A DNA stretch of 63,307 nucleotides, the filler included, from Octopus bimaculoides (Eukaryota): assembly GCF_001194135.2 (NCBI RefSeq). It is 10 parts of 9 records of this genome, joined end to end, with 100 filler letters (N's around TTAATTAATTAA, not from the genome) between each part and the next. Parts side by side here need not be neighbours in the genome. Positions count along the whole stretch, not along the records: positions 1 to 2,778 come from NC_068991.1; positions 2,879 to 15,447 come from NW_026316324.1; 8 more parts are not named here. One strand, written 5' to 3'. How positions within the stretch are numbered: the stretch's first letter is position 1; every line of letters starts with the position of its first letter. Below the pieces are notes generated by a model. That model had not been told where the DNA came from. It searched no databases and was given only the letters and a program-made list of their open reading frames with translations. The position numbers and the translations under genes are program-made. This document shows, in pieces, positions 1 to 11,619 of the stretch.

Positions 1-637
1 CAGGCAGGCAGACAGACAGACAGACAGAGATAGATAGATAACAGAAACAAGAGATGGTAATGATGATGATGATTGTCGAGCATACCTAAGAATAAAGGCA
101 TCACAGCCATGATATTCCTAAATACATCACATTTCTGGACAAAAATAACAAAGCAGGCTAAATGAGATGGTCATGACTGGAACGACTTTAATCGTTGCTC
201 CTATTCAATCTCAAGAAAGTTGACCTTATGCTACATCACACCAGCACTACAAACCAACAGATAACTTGACATATTTTCCATCATTGTCTTAATTAATCTC
301 GGGTGCGTGTGTTGAGTAGGAATTTTATCATGAGTCACGAGTGTAGTAGCATTTTCCGTAATACTGCAGTAATACTGTTGTGTCAACGCCCCAGGCGAAG
401 AAGTAGGATCTCCCAAGACATATAAATAGAGGTAGTCTGGCCGTGGTAGAGTGTTGAGTAGCAGTCGAGTAGCAGTTGTGTAACGGTTGAGTAGAGATCA
501 TCCGAAGGTGCTAGATAGCAGGAGCTTGAGACAAAACAGTGGCGACGAGGATTTCGTAGCTCACACAGCCACTGGTAGTATTTGAGACATAAATACCTTG
601 CAGGAAAGTCACATATATATGTTATTTTGACACAGGT

Positions 638-706
638 ATTAAGGCGGCGGACTGGCAGAATCGTTAGTACGCCGGTTAAAATGCTTAACGGCATTTTGTC
701 CGTCTT
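638..706 (+). mobile_element. SINE family A head (gap-truncated)
   Basis: AAGGCGGCGGACTGGCAGAATCGTTAG.. Confidence 0.7.
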
Positions 707-1456
707 NNNNNNNNNNNNNNNNNNNNNNNNNNNNNNNNNNNNNNNNNNNNNNNNNNNNNNNNNNNNNNNNNNNNNNNNNNNNNNNNNNNNNNNNNNNNNN
801 NNNNNNNNNNNNNNNNNNNNNNNNNNNNNNNNNNNNNNNNNNNNNNNNNNNNNNNNNNNNNNNNNNNNNNNNNNNNNNNNNNNNNNNNNNNNNNNNNNNN
901 NNNNNNNNNNNNNNNNNNNNNNNNNNNNNNNNNNNNNNNNNNNNNNNNNNNNNNNNNNNNNNNNNNNNNNNNNNNNNNNNNNNNNNNNNNNNNNNNNNNN
1001 NNNNNNNNNNNNNNNNNNNNNNNNNNNNNNNNNNNNNNNNNNNNNNNNNNNNNNNNNNNNNNNNNNNNNNNNNNNNNNNNNNNNNNNNNNNNNNNNNNNN
1101 NNNNNNNNNNNNNNNNNNNNNNNNNNNNNNNNNNNNNNNNNNNNNNNNNNNNNNNNNNNNNNNNNNNNNNNNNNNNNNNNNNNNNNNNNNNNNNNNNNNN
1201 NNNNNNNNNNNNNNNNNNNNNNNNNNNNNNNNNNNNNNNNNNNNNGTGGGCACAGCCTGAGGATTGCGGGAAGAACACTAGACGTGTTAAAAAATGCTGA
1301 CCTCTTTTCCTCGCATGAAACCAATAGTAGCTCACAAAAATATAGTGTTTATTAAATATTATTTATCTCCCACTAGATAGAATACATTTTTGTCGATCTT
1401 AATATCAAGATTACAGTACACACACACACTGGCACACAAACACACACACACACACA

Positions 1457-1502
<46 letters not shown>

Positions 1503-1532
1503 TATGTATGTATGTATGTATGTATGTATGTA

Positions 1533-2710
1533 TAGGGTCATCTCATAAATAATGCGGTTTTTTCAATTGCATGAAATAAAAATCGGAAGGGAACGGGATA
1601 AACTACTTAGTGCAAGTTTTAAAGAGAGCAGTTAGATCTTAACAGTTATTTTTCTCAAAGCTATAATGGAAGTGATAAAGGAGCATATTCGGCATATTTT
1701 GTTTTATAAGTTCAATAAAGGCAACATCACAATGGAAAATTCAAGAAATATGAATGCAGTATATGGGGATCGGTGAATAAGCCTAAGCCGATGTCAACGG
1801 TGTTTCCAGAAATTCTAAGCATGATACTACAGCCTAGAAGACGAGCCTGGTCCTGAAAGATCTGTAGAGCTCGATGAGGACGTCCTGCAAACCCTGGTGG
1901 AACAAAATTGCATCGTAAATGTTGAGGATCTAGCAGAGAAGCTTGGATTTGGTTATTCAACCATTCATCGACACCCACATGCCGTCGAAAAGTCAGCAAA
2001 TTGGGTCAATGGGTTCCTCATAAACTTTGCGAGTCTAATCGCGCGCAGAGAGTAGATGTGTGCTCTTCTTGACTGTCACGTCTCAACAATGAACCTTTTT
2101 TAGACCGAATAGTGAATGGTGACGAGAAATGGGTGCCCTATAAAAATGTGATGCGCCGAAGACAGTGGGTAGGAAAAGGAGAAACATCGGTACCCCAGGC
2201 TAAAGAAGGTTTTCACCCATGTAAGGCGTTGTTATCTATTTAGTGGAATATGAAAGGTTTAGTCCACTTTGAACTTTTAAACCCGAACTAAACAATAAGA
2301 AAAGAGATCTACTGCAAGCAGACGAAAGGTGTTTTTCCATCAGGATATTGCTCGACCACATACAGCGAGGATGAAATTCCAAAGGCAGGAGCAGTTTGAA
2401 TAGGAAACGATACTCCATTTACCATATTCGCCGGACATTGCTCCATCTGATTATCATTTATTCCACACTCTTAAAAATCATTTGGACGAAAAAATATGAA
2501 TTTTGTAGACGAGGTCAGAACGATAGTGGAGGAGTATTTTTTGTCACGAACAAGTGAATTTTGGTAGAAGGGCCTTGAATGTCTACCGGATAGTTGGAAG
2601 AGCATTGTAGACAATGAAGGTGAGTATATTTTAGATTAAAAAAAGAATTTTGTTCATCTTAATTTTGAAAAATGGAAGAAGTATAAAAAGACTGCATTGT
2701 TTATGGGATG

Positions 2711-2716
<6 letters not shown>
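1533..2716 (+). mobile_element. Near full-length mariner (DD34D) DNA transposon, decayed
   Basis: 30-bp TIRs TAGGGTCATCTCATAAATAATGCGGTTTTT (1533-1562) and its reverse complement ending at 2716 match 26/30. TA lies on both sides (1531-32, 2717-18). The element encloses a mariner transposase pseudogene. Confidence 0.95.
1666..2639 (+). pseudogene. Mariner transposase pseudogene (stops, frameshift, internal deletion)
   Basis: Manual translation gives MEVIKEHIRHILFYKF at 1666, WVPHKL at 2010, FLDRIVNGDEKW (D at 2121), HQDIARPH (D at 2344), YSPDIAPSDYHLF (D at 2449; 34 residues after D2) and a C-terminal LPDSWKSIVDNEGEYILD*. Confidence 0.95.
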
Positions 2717-2778
<62 letters not shown>

Positions 2779-2822
2779 NNNNNNNNNNNNNNNNNNNNNN
2801 NNNNNNNNNNNNNNNNNNNNNN

Positions 2823-2834
2823 TTAATTAATTAA
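2823..2834. other. Assembly spacer TTAATTAATTAA in 100-bp gaps (also at 15492, 35334, 38862, 44049, 46821, 50462, 55709, 60271)
   Basis: An identical palindromic six-frame-stop 12-mer is centred in N runs (44 N + 12 + 44 N where counted). Confidence 0.97.
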
Positions 2835-3647
2835 NNNNNNNNNNNNNNNNNNNNNNNNNNNNNNNNNNNNNNNNNNNNCAGCTACCCCCGTTTTAACACC
2901 GGCGTTTCGAAGTGTGTGTGTGTGTGTAAATAAATATATATTGCATATGTGTGTCTGTCTGTTTGTGTGTGCGCGCTCGCATCATAGTGTTGTAGAAATA
3001 CCAATCTTGTCGGAGCGTATAGTAAGATTACTCGCTGGCGGAAAACTTCGAAAATTGAACGCCAACTGACTCTTATATATGGTTTTCTTACTGGGAAAGC
3101 GTTGGAGAAATCTCTCCAAAATCACATAACACCTGCAGATGAAACAGTTTCCAACGAACCTACTCTTGGTTATCGCTGGATAGTTAACTGTGACTACTTA
3201 AGGAGTTTGTATGAGTGGCGTATAAGTGATTTCCTTATAATTCAATGATATACAGATGTTTCAGCTCTTTAATTGTAGCTTTAACAATGACTTATGAGAT
3301 AGCAATAATAAGGCAACTTAAGGTAAGCTTCGAAATGTATGTCAGTGTGCATGTGTGTTCGTGTTTGCGCGCACACACACACACACACCATCACACACAG
3401 TCACACACTCATACGCATGCATGCGATAATCCTTTCTACTGTGTTTTTGTACACCAAATTTTATTCACGGGATATTTATTGGTTTCTGTGATTAGCCCGC
3501 ACTCATGCTGAGGTCCATCTTCAGAGGTTTATTGTGAATCGTTGATGGACGCCAGTGCGTATTTTAATCGGGTTTATAATCTATCAAGCTGTATTTATCG
3601 AATGGCTAAGTCACCCTTTGGTGCCTTATATCGTCTTACATCTGTGT

Positions 3648-3773
<126 letters not shown>

Positions 3774-4211
3774 TTATACAAACATTCATTCACATACACA
3801 CAAATCTCTCAATAAGTTCTCCGCTAATCACTTTGTCCAATCATTCCTAATGGTTATTTAATTCTCAATATATAAATACGTTGTTTAAATCATTGTTAAG
3901 GAGATTGCATGGTATATACGGGAAAAAGATGTTTTCAGTATACAGCTACTGGTTCTTTTAATCTTACCATTCTAGTTCTAGCTATCTTATCTTCATCCAC
4001 TTCTTAGTTCATCCACTCTTGATCAACTCATATCACCCATCCCGCTCCTCCCACCATTCACTTTACACATCACCCCACATCCATCCTTCTTTTCAATCTC
4101 TTTATCATTTACAAGCTTACTGATAAAATTACAATACCTGTTACTATCTCTCTCCCTTTCCTTTTCTCTCTCCCTCTCTCTATCTCTCTCTCTCACTCTC
4201 ATTCTCAGTCC

Positions 4212-4239
4212 CTGACGAAGAACAGCTATCCGAAACGTT
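4212..4239 (+). ncRNA. Hammerhead remnant in a pyrimidine-rich, Penelope-UTR-like context
   Basis: CTGACGA-A-GAAC-AGCT-ATCC-GAAACGTT. Stem II has 2 of 4 pairs and stem I has no partner. Confidence 0.35.
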
Positions 4240-4418
4240 ATTTTATTCCCACCTCACTTCAACCGAACTTGTAGAATTTCCCATGAACTAATTGTTTTCT
4301 ATTATAGACTATTTCCCGATAGTTTCGGTTCTATGCTGTACAGGGGATCACATACAAAATGTGCTGATACACTTCAGCTTGAAATATTTCAAAACAACCT
4401 TTGCTTTGAAGTTAAACA

Positions 4419-4573
4419 TTTACTTGTTTCAGTCATTTGACTGCAGCCAGCTGGAGCACCGCTTTTAGTCGAGCAAATCGATCCCAGAACTTATTCTTTG
4501 TAAGCCTAGTACTTATTCTATCGTTCTCTTTTTCCGAACCGCTAAGTGATTGGGACATTAACACACCAACATA

Positions 4574-4617
<44 letters not shown>

Positions 4618-4765
4618 CATATATATATATGCGACGGGCTTCTTTCAGTTTCCGTCTACCAAATCCACTCACAAGACACTTGCCAAAGATCCCACACAGT
4701 GGGACTGAACCCGGAACCATATGGTTGGTAAGCAAGCTACTTACCACACAGCCACTCCTGCGCCT
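4419..4765 (-). mobile_element. tRNA-derived SINE family B (internal CA/TA microsatellite)
   Basis: Head AGGCGCAGGAGTGGCTGTGTGG..GGTTCAGTCCC, internal microsatellite, and tail GGTGCTCCAGC..GACTGAAACAAGTAAA. This copy has a central deletion. Confidence 0.9.
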
Positions 4766-5923
4766 ATATAGTTTAATATTTTAAAGAAGATCAAGTATCA
4801 GTAAAAGTTTGCTAACACCACATATTCTTAAATGTTCGCAGCACATTTTGATAATACCAGCGGGACACTATTGCTCTACGCAGTAACGTAGTTAGGTGTT
4901 GCAGCCCTCTCCGGGTGATGCTTTCATATGGATGGCACTTTGTGCCTGCTATATAAGCCTCTATAAGCTTCAAGGCTGAGGGAGGAGATACTGCAATATC
5001 AAGAGCAATCCCAGGCGGCACACACTCAGGCTATGCCACTAACTCGGCAGTCAGTTTCTTAGAGAACTACTATCCTATGTATATGAGAGCGGTTGTTGCT
5101 AAAATATGGGTCATCCTGATAAAGGAAACCTATGAGTTGCGTTTTATATTCGTCACCTCTCTGTCTTCTGTGTTTCTATGCATCTTAATTTAATATCTTA
5201 GGGTCTAATATGTTGTAGACTTGGCTGCTATTTCTACCAAATCGAACAACCATGTAGTCGTTCATTGATTGCCTATCGTTGGTAGATGAGAACGCAAGTA
5301 GACAGGGAAGTAGGTTGGTAGGTAAATAGGTAAGTAGGTTAAATCTATGTATGTACGTACGCACGTACGTATGTATATAAGTGTGTTTATGTATGAATTT
5401 CTGTATGTGATGTATGTGTGTGTGTGTATAGGTAGTTTTGATAAGTAGGTAGGAAGGGAGGTAGGTTGATAGTTAAGCAGATAGATAGGAGAAATTTAGT
5501 TAGATTAATTGGTAGTATGCATCAAAATAATTTCATAAGATGGTGGTCTGAGAAATTGATAAGCTTAACGGTTAGATAATTTGGTTGTTGAAAGATAATT
5601 GTTCTGAAGTAGATTGTTGATTTTGTTGTTTTAATAGTTATTGTCAGTTTTGTTGTTATTATTTATCCTATGTGAGCTCTGATCAAGCGAATCCTTGATC
5701 AAAAATATTCTATTCGTAACTATTCAGTCATTTTAGAACACTCAGAAGTACATTAGCAAATGTTCCCCCTTCCCTTACTTAAGACGTTTGACTGTGGTTC
5801 GAGGATAATTTAGTTGCCATTTCTTTCACGTGGAGTTACCCACCGAAGTTCTCTTGCTGGCTTGTGTCAGGTCGTTATATTGGTAGGACTCTGTACTTTT
5901 AAGTGATCTTTATAATCTTTTAA

Positions 5924-6130
5924 TCTTTACTTGTTTCAGTCATGTGACTGTGGCCATGCTGGAGCACCGCCTTGAGTCGAGCAAATCGACCCCAGGACTT
6001 ATTCTTTGTAAGCCTAGTACTTATTCTATCGGTATCCCTTTCCCCGAATCGCTAAGTTACGATGACGTAAACATACCAGCATCGGTTGTCAAGCGATGCT
6101 AGGGGGACAAACACAGACACACAGACATAT

Positions 6131-6166
<36 letters not shown>

Positions 6167-6322
6167 ATATATACGACGGGATTCTTTCAGTTTCCGTCTA
6201 CCAAATCCACACACAAGGCTTTGGTCGGCATGAGGCTATAGTAGAAGACACTTGCCCAAGGTGCCACGCAATGGGACTGAACCCGAAACCAAGCTACTTA
6301 CCACACAGCCACCCCTACGCCT
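5924..6322 (-). mobile_element. SINE family B, near full length
   Basis: Aligns with 58145-58562 over its length. Confidence 0.9.
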
Positions 6323-6814
6323 ATTAGTTTGGAAAAATACTCAGTACATTGGTTCATAGATGAGTTAATAAGTAGGTAGGTAGATAGGTAAGTAAGTAGG
6401 TAGGTCAGGCGGGCAGGCAGGCAGGCGAGCAGGAAGGCCAGCGGGCAAGTAGGTAGGCAGGCGGGCCTAATACGCAGCTAGGTAAGCAGGTAAATTAGAA
6501 AGTAGGCAAACAGGTGGGTATGAAGGTATTTATATAGGTAAGCAGGTAAAGAAGTGTTTAGTTGGGTATTTAGGCATGAATGTAGACAAAGTCCTTCTTC
6601 GTTCGTTGTTTATTGAATAGGACTTGAAAGATCTCCTGGCATTTGGTTTGCTGATATAATGAGTAATCAGCTCATGTACTTGGATGCTTGATTATCAACG
6701 TGTATTTTTTTAGTTGGAACGGAGCGGCATTTGAACTTAAATGGCACCAAGCGAACAAGGATGCCAGGAGGCATCTTGCCCAACAAACTAACAATCTAAA
6801 AATTCACCTCCCTG

Positions 6815-7175
6815 AACTGGTATTTTGTTGATTGACCCAGAAAAAAAACAAAAGGCAAAGTTGACCTCGGCGGGGTTTGAACTCAGACGACAGGCGGACA
6901 TAATAACTGCTCCAAAGCATTTTACCCGATATAGTTTGGTAAAATGATAAGGAAACTCATTGATAGTTATGTTGGGAAATAATCCTATAGGTGGATAGCC
7001 TGAAATGGTAGCTCCATAAGCAGGCTGAGATGTAGGTTTCACTTATAAACAACAAAAAATAATGTTGACTTAGGCAGAATTTGAACACAAACGGCAGGCG
7101 AACATAATAAATGCTACAAAGCATTTTATCCGATGTGTGTTAGATAAAATGCTAAGGAAATTCATAGATAGACTA
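6815..7175 (-). repeat. Family-A SINE fragment plus flank, locally duplicated (about 204-bp period)
   Basis: GTTGACCTCGG..CAAAGCATTTTACCCG at 6860 and GTTGACTTAGG..CAAAGCATTTTATCCG at 7064. Confidence 0.65.
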
Positions 7176-7877
7176 TCTATGAATTTGATGTTGACGCTGC
7201 TTTGGTTTAGAAGCAGGTCATGAATTCCGTTGGGAATTTTATGATCAGCTTCATTTTTTTATTTATTTTTGTCCTTTGTTTTTTTGTTTTGAGAAGAAAT
7301 CTAACTGCAAGCAACTTTTACAGATCAGTTTTTAGACACTGTTTTCTGAACCTGGCAAAAGTATGTGGGAGGTGCAAAATCAAAATTTTCACCCCCTGTT
7401 CCCGGGCCTTTGTAGATAGTTCGATTGGGAGATCGGTGGATAGGTAGAAACATTGAACAGGTGGCCAGGTAATCAAGCAGATATGTAGGTAGGCAAACAG
7501 GTAGGTAAATAGCTAAGAAGGACGGTCTACAGATAGGTACTTAGTTATAGACGTAGATAGGTAACTAGGTAGGTTTCGGGTCGGTAAATACATGAATTGT
7601 TATACGATTAGGTACTGAGCCGGTTATATAGCAATTTGTAAACATTGTATAAAACAAACTCAACAATTAGAGAGAGAGGTGGAGAGCTGCCAGGAACCAA
7701 GAATATGTACCTCTTTCTCACCATATTATGGAATGTTCGTTTGCAAACAAACCGCAACCCTGTAATAGAATCAAATTTTTTACAGAACAAACGTGTGTAA
7801 TATGTTATATATGCTGCTGTCTCTCTGTTTTCTCGTATATTTGTATGTGTCTCTGTAAGTTGCGCTTATGACTATCA

Positions 7878-7942
<65 letters not shown>

Positions 7943-7948
<6 letters not shown>

Positions 7949-8187
7949 AATAAATGCGCCGTTCTTAAAGCTTAGCCAACTCATGGGCCCCGTTTCTCGG
8001 TTTCAATGGCGTATGTGTTCCCCAGCTGGACGGGACGCCAGCCCATCGTAGCGTTACTCATTTTTGCCAGCTGAGTGGACTGGAGCAACGTGAAATGAAG
8101 TGTTTTGCTCAAGAACACAACGCGTCGCCCGAAACCACAATGTTACGATCATGATGCTGACACCCTAACCACTAAGCCATGCGCCTC

Positions 8188-8190
<3 letters not shown>
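7943..8190 (-). mobile_element. tRNA-derived SINE (family C; central GTTGCTCCAGTCCACTCAGCTG domain)
   Basis: Head GGAGGCGCATGGCTTAGTGGTTAGGG, central TTCTTGAGCAAAACACTTCATTTCACGTTGCTCCAGT, and a (TTTA)n tail. Confidence 0.8.
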
Positions 8191-8227
<37 letters not shown>

Positions 8228-8983
8228 CATTAAAGGGTTCGCTGGATAATGCAGTCCTGGATTGCTCTAAAAAGTGGATCGTCATATTGGAGCAACTTTG
8301 ATCAAATGTTTGCTCAGGCAGTGTTGGTCTGAGATTAAGTAACAAAACAAAAGGCGTTTGTTAAAAATATGATCGAAACTTCCCACATTCTGCCAACTTA
8401 AAAAGAGTAATATATATTGAATAGCGTAGTACTGGAAAGGACATATATATATAAAAAAAAAAAAAGGGGGACGAGATGGCTACAAATAGAAAACCTGTTG
8501 TGAGCCTACAAACCAAGTCTTACAGTCATTGACGACAACCAGGTGGCTCGACTTGTTAGAAATATCAAGCAACTGTATCACCCTCAAATGTAACCCTGCT
8601 TTTTTCAAAACAGAACAAAGAGCGGAAGGATCTGTAGGAAAATGTAGTCCTAGGTGTGCTCTGCCCCTATTTTAGATGAAATTGCAACGCAACTAAAAGT
8701 AAATCGGCTCGAACGGAACCGACCCGGATATGCGATGTTTTACGTCCGCCTATTTGACGTCGATGATTCAACGTTCACTTATTTGATATCAGACGTTTCA
8801 ACGTTACTGAAGCCCTTTCCCTCTTCTTCCCCCCTCTCTATCTCTCTCTCTCTCTCTCGCTCGCTCGCTCTGTTCATGTGTATGAACATATTTCTCTATT
8901 TGTGTATTAGAGGAGGTAAGTTGTTTATGTCAATCTCTCTCCCTCTCACTCTTTCTCTCTATATGTGTATATTTCTGTGCGTG

Positions 8984-9018
<35 letters not shown>

Positions 9019-9484
9019 CTCCAGTCATAAACTGTACTGTCGCCCAAACAAACTAGATATCAAGATAACCATGCTGAATCATCAGCGTTCAAATAGCTGC
9101 GCCCAACCATCTTATTCCGGGACCAACCTGGAGCTAAAAAAAAAAAACAGAAACAAGGCAAAGAACGAAAGACAGATTAGATAACAGGTTTATACCATTA
9201 AAAAAAACTGGTTGGTCATGGGTAGAATATTTTGATCATAGGTCTTACACAGCAACAACTATCATAATCACTGCTGCTATTATTACAGATTTACTAACGT
9301 TCAACATCCACACAAACACAGCCACCAACACCAACACCACCACTTGTTATATAAACAACGAGGAAAGCCTCTATGTGGGTAGGCAATTTTCTAGAAATAG
9401 GAGTTAAATGTTTCAAAATTCTCCACTTCACCGAAAGTTTCAAGAATGGAATGACATGAAAGATAAATTAAACGGGTGATATAT

Positions 9485-9851
9485 ATTTCTTTCTTTATTG
9501 CTAAACATACAGGGACAAACAAGGACAGGTGAAGGGATTAAGTCGATTACATCGACCCCAGTGTGTAACTGGTACTTATTTAATCGGTCCCGAAAGGATG
9601 AAAGGCAGACGAAATACAGCTAAGCATTTCGCCCGGTGTGCTAACGTTTCTTATTTCTTTACTACCCACAAGGGGCTAAACACAGAGGGGACAAACAAGG
9701 ACAGACAAAGGGATTAAGTCGATTACATCGACCCCAGTGCGACCCCGAAAGGATGAAAAGCAAAGTCGACCTCGGCGAAATTTGAACTCAAATTTGAACC
9801 GCAAAGCATTTCACCCGGCGCGCTAACGTTTCTGCCAGCTCGCCGCCCTTA
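9485..9851 (-). mobile_element. SINE family A (Deu/Nin-like central domain), head-to-tail dimer
   Basis: Head GGCGGCGAGCTGGCAGAAACGTTAGC and central GCCTTTCATCCTTTCGGGGTCG-type domain; two units join at about 9650. Confidence 0.85.
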
Positions 9852-10100
9852 AACGGCAGATATATATATAGTTGCAAGCAGCAGTTAAATCTCCATCCTA
9901 TCACATTCCACAGTATTCACAAAGGCAAGTGCACAAAAACAATGTAATACAGTCCTGCATTTTATATTTTACATATTTCTGTAGTTGGACTGCGGTCATG
10001 CTGGTGCACCGCCTTGAAGCGTTTTCGTCGAAAACATATCGATTTCATTATTTACATTATTTACATTTGACAAATATTTGTCCTCATCTTGTTTGCTTTT

Positions 10101-10146
10101 AACGCAACGTTTCGGCTGATATACCCTCCAGCCTTCATTAAGTGTC
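10101..10146 (-). ncRNA. Degenerate hammerhead motif (same family)
   Basis: GACAC-TTAATGA-A-GGCTG-GAGGGTATAT-CAGCC-GAAACGTT-GCGTT. Stem II is perfect, but the core has two transitions relative to CTGATGA. Confidence 0.6.
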
Positions 10147-10215
10147 TTGGGGAAATTTCGAACCTGGGCTCTCATTCGTAAGGTATTTTTCGATGTTATT
10201 ATTATTATTATTATT

Positions 10216-10672
10216 GAGTGAGAGAGCAGGGCATGTCATCAAAGTGACACTGGGGTAAAATATACGAAGCCTGGTATACCCACCATGACTACCCGTCTGA
10301 TAAGAGTACACTAGGCACATGCATCACAACCATATGTGCACAACATGGTGATCTCATATCAAGATAAACAGCGCATGACCTTGTTGGTGGGGCCCAGTTA
10401 CAATTTTCTTCAGGTCGAGTAGCCCATCCCGCTTAAAAGGTCCTTGAATAAAGGTTGTTTGAGGATGTCGAACGAAATACCCATGTCTCCAAAGGTGAAT
10501 TATCCAAACCCCAAAGAATTCCTCTCAACACATGACTATGATGCTCCCCCACTACTTCTGCTCGTGATCAGAGATGCATATATCGTCAGCCACTAAGGGA
10601 CATGCTCATCTGGTTAAGATCAAGCAATTGACAAGCAAATCTGTGGTATTGAGCGGAATATTTGCTGTAGCC

Positions 10673-10674
<2 letters not shown>
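10216..10674. repeat. About 460-bp unclassified non-coding interspersed element inserted in (AAT)n
   Basis: Bounded by (ATT)n on both sides. Degenerate fragments of the same sequence occur at about 26262-26385 and 38126-38168. Confidence 0.7.
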
Positions 10675-10720
<46 letters not shown>

Positions 10721-10798
10721 AATCACTGCCTGGAATCGAACTCGGAATCTTGGGGTTAGTAGCTGGCGCTCTTAACCACTACGCCATATGTCCGTAGG

Positions 10799-11052
10799 TA
10801 CTAACCCCAAGATTCCGAGTTCAATTCCAGGCAGTGACCTGAATAGTAATAATAATAAGAAGAACAACAACAACAACATCGAAAAATACCTTTGGAATGA
10901 GAACCCAGGTTCGAAATTTCCCTGAGACACCTGATGAATGCTGGAGGGTATATCAGCCGAAACGTTGTGTTAACAACAAACAAGATGAAGACAAATATCC
11001 GTCAAATGTAAATAATGTACATAATTCTTCATCTCTTAAATATAGAACTGTA
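10799..11052 (+). mobile_element. 5'-truncated second copy of the same hammerhead-bearing SINE-like element
   Basis: Partial head (40/43 identical to the reverse complement of 10719-10761; B box GTTCAATTC, no A box), (AAT)/(AAC)n, body, hammerhead motif at 10926-10971, and a short TGTAAATAA-type tail. Confidence 0.75.
10926..10971 (+). ncRNA. Minimal type-I hammerhead ribozyme motif (Penelope-type)
   Basis: GACAC-CTGATGA-A-TGCTG-GAGGGTATAT-CAGCC-GAAACGTT-GTGTT. Core is intact, stem I is 5 bp, stem III is the palindrome ACGT and the triplet is GUU. The base pair closing stem II is mismatched. Confidence 0.7.
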
Positions 11053-11619
11053 ATATCGAACTCAGTACCTTTTTTCTGGTTCTTATGTCATTAAAATCAT
11101 TTGCCGAGCCGCTAGGCTACAGTGACGTAAACAGACCAACACTGGTTGCCAAGTGAGTGAAGGGGAACGAACACAAATACTCACAACACACACGCATACA
11201 CACACACACATACACACACACATACACATATCTATGTATATATGTATACATGTATATATGATGGGCTTCCGCACAGTTTCTCTCAGCCAAATTTACTCAA
11301 AAGGCATTGGCTGGCCTAGGGCTATAGTAAAAGCCACTTGTCCAAGGTGCAGCACCGTGGGAACGAACCGTAATCCTCGTGGTTGCAAACCCATTCGCTT
11401 ACCCGCTCAGCCATACTTTCGATTACATGTATCAAATGTCGAGATATTCATGGTCGGAACGTCTTTGTTTATCAGTCTATGTCAGTAGCGCTGACTCGGG
11501 GCTGAACTAAGTCGACGACAACAGCAACAACAACTACAACAACAACAACAACAACGACGACGACTATTATTAATACTACTACAGCACTGTTTTACTGTTG
11601 ATTCTGGAATCTAGAATAA

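Larger units (their letters stand above)
10043..10797 (-). mobile_element. tRNA-headed SINE-like element with internal (AAT)n and 3' hammerhead motif; interrupted by a nested insertion
   Basis: On the minus strand: A box TGGCGTAGTGG (10786-10776), B box GTTCGATTC (10741-10733), (AAT)n, then a body matching 10870-11025 that includes the hammerhead motif at 10146-10101. Confidence 0.75.
9975..11410 (-). mobile_element. Old family-B SINE split by the 10043-11052 cassette
   Basis: 9975-10042 and 11053-11410 are contiguous parts of the family-B sequence. Confidence 0.7.

Noticed and set aside
2880-2912. Minus-strand GAAACGCCGG, a possible PLE end
   Set aside because: No upstream core or stem II; it is truncated by (CA)n and a gap.
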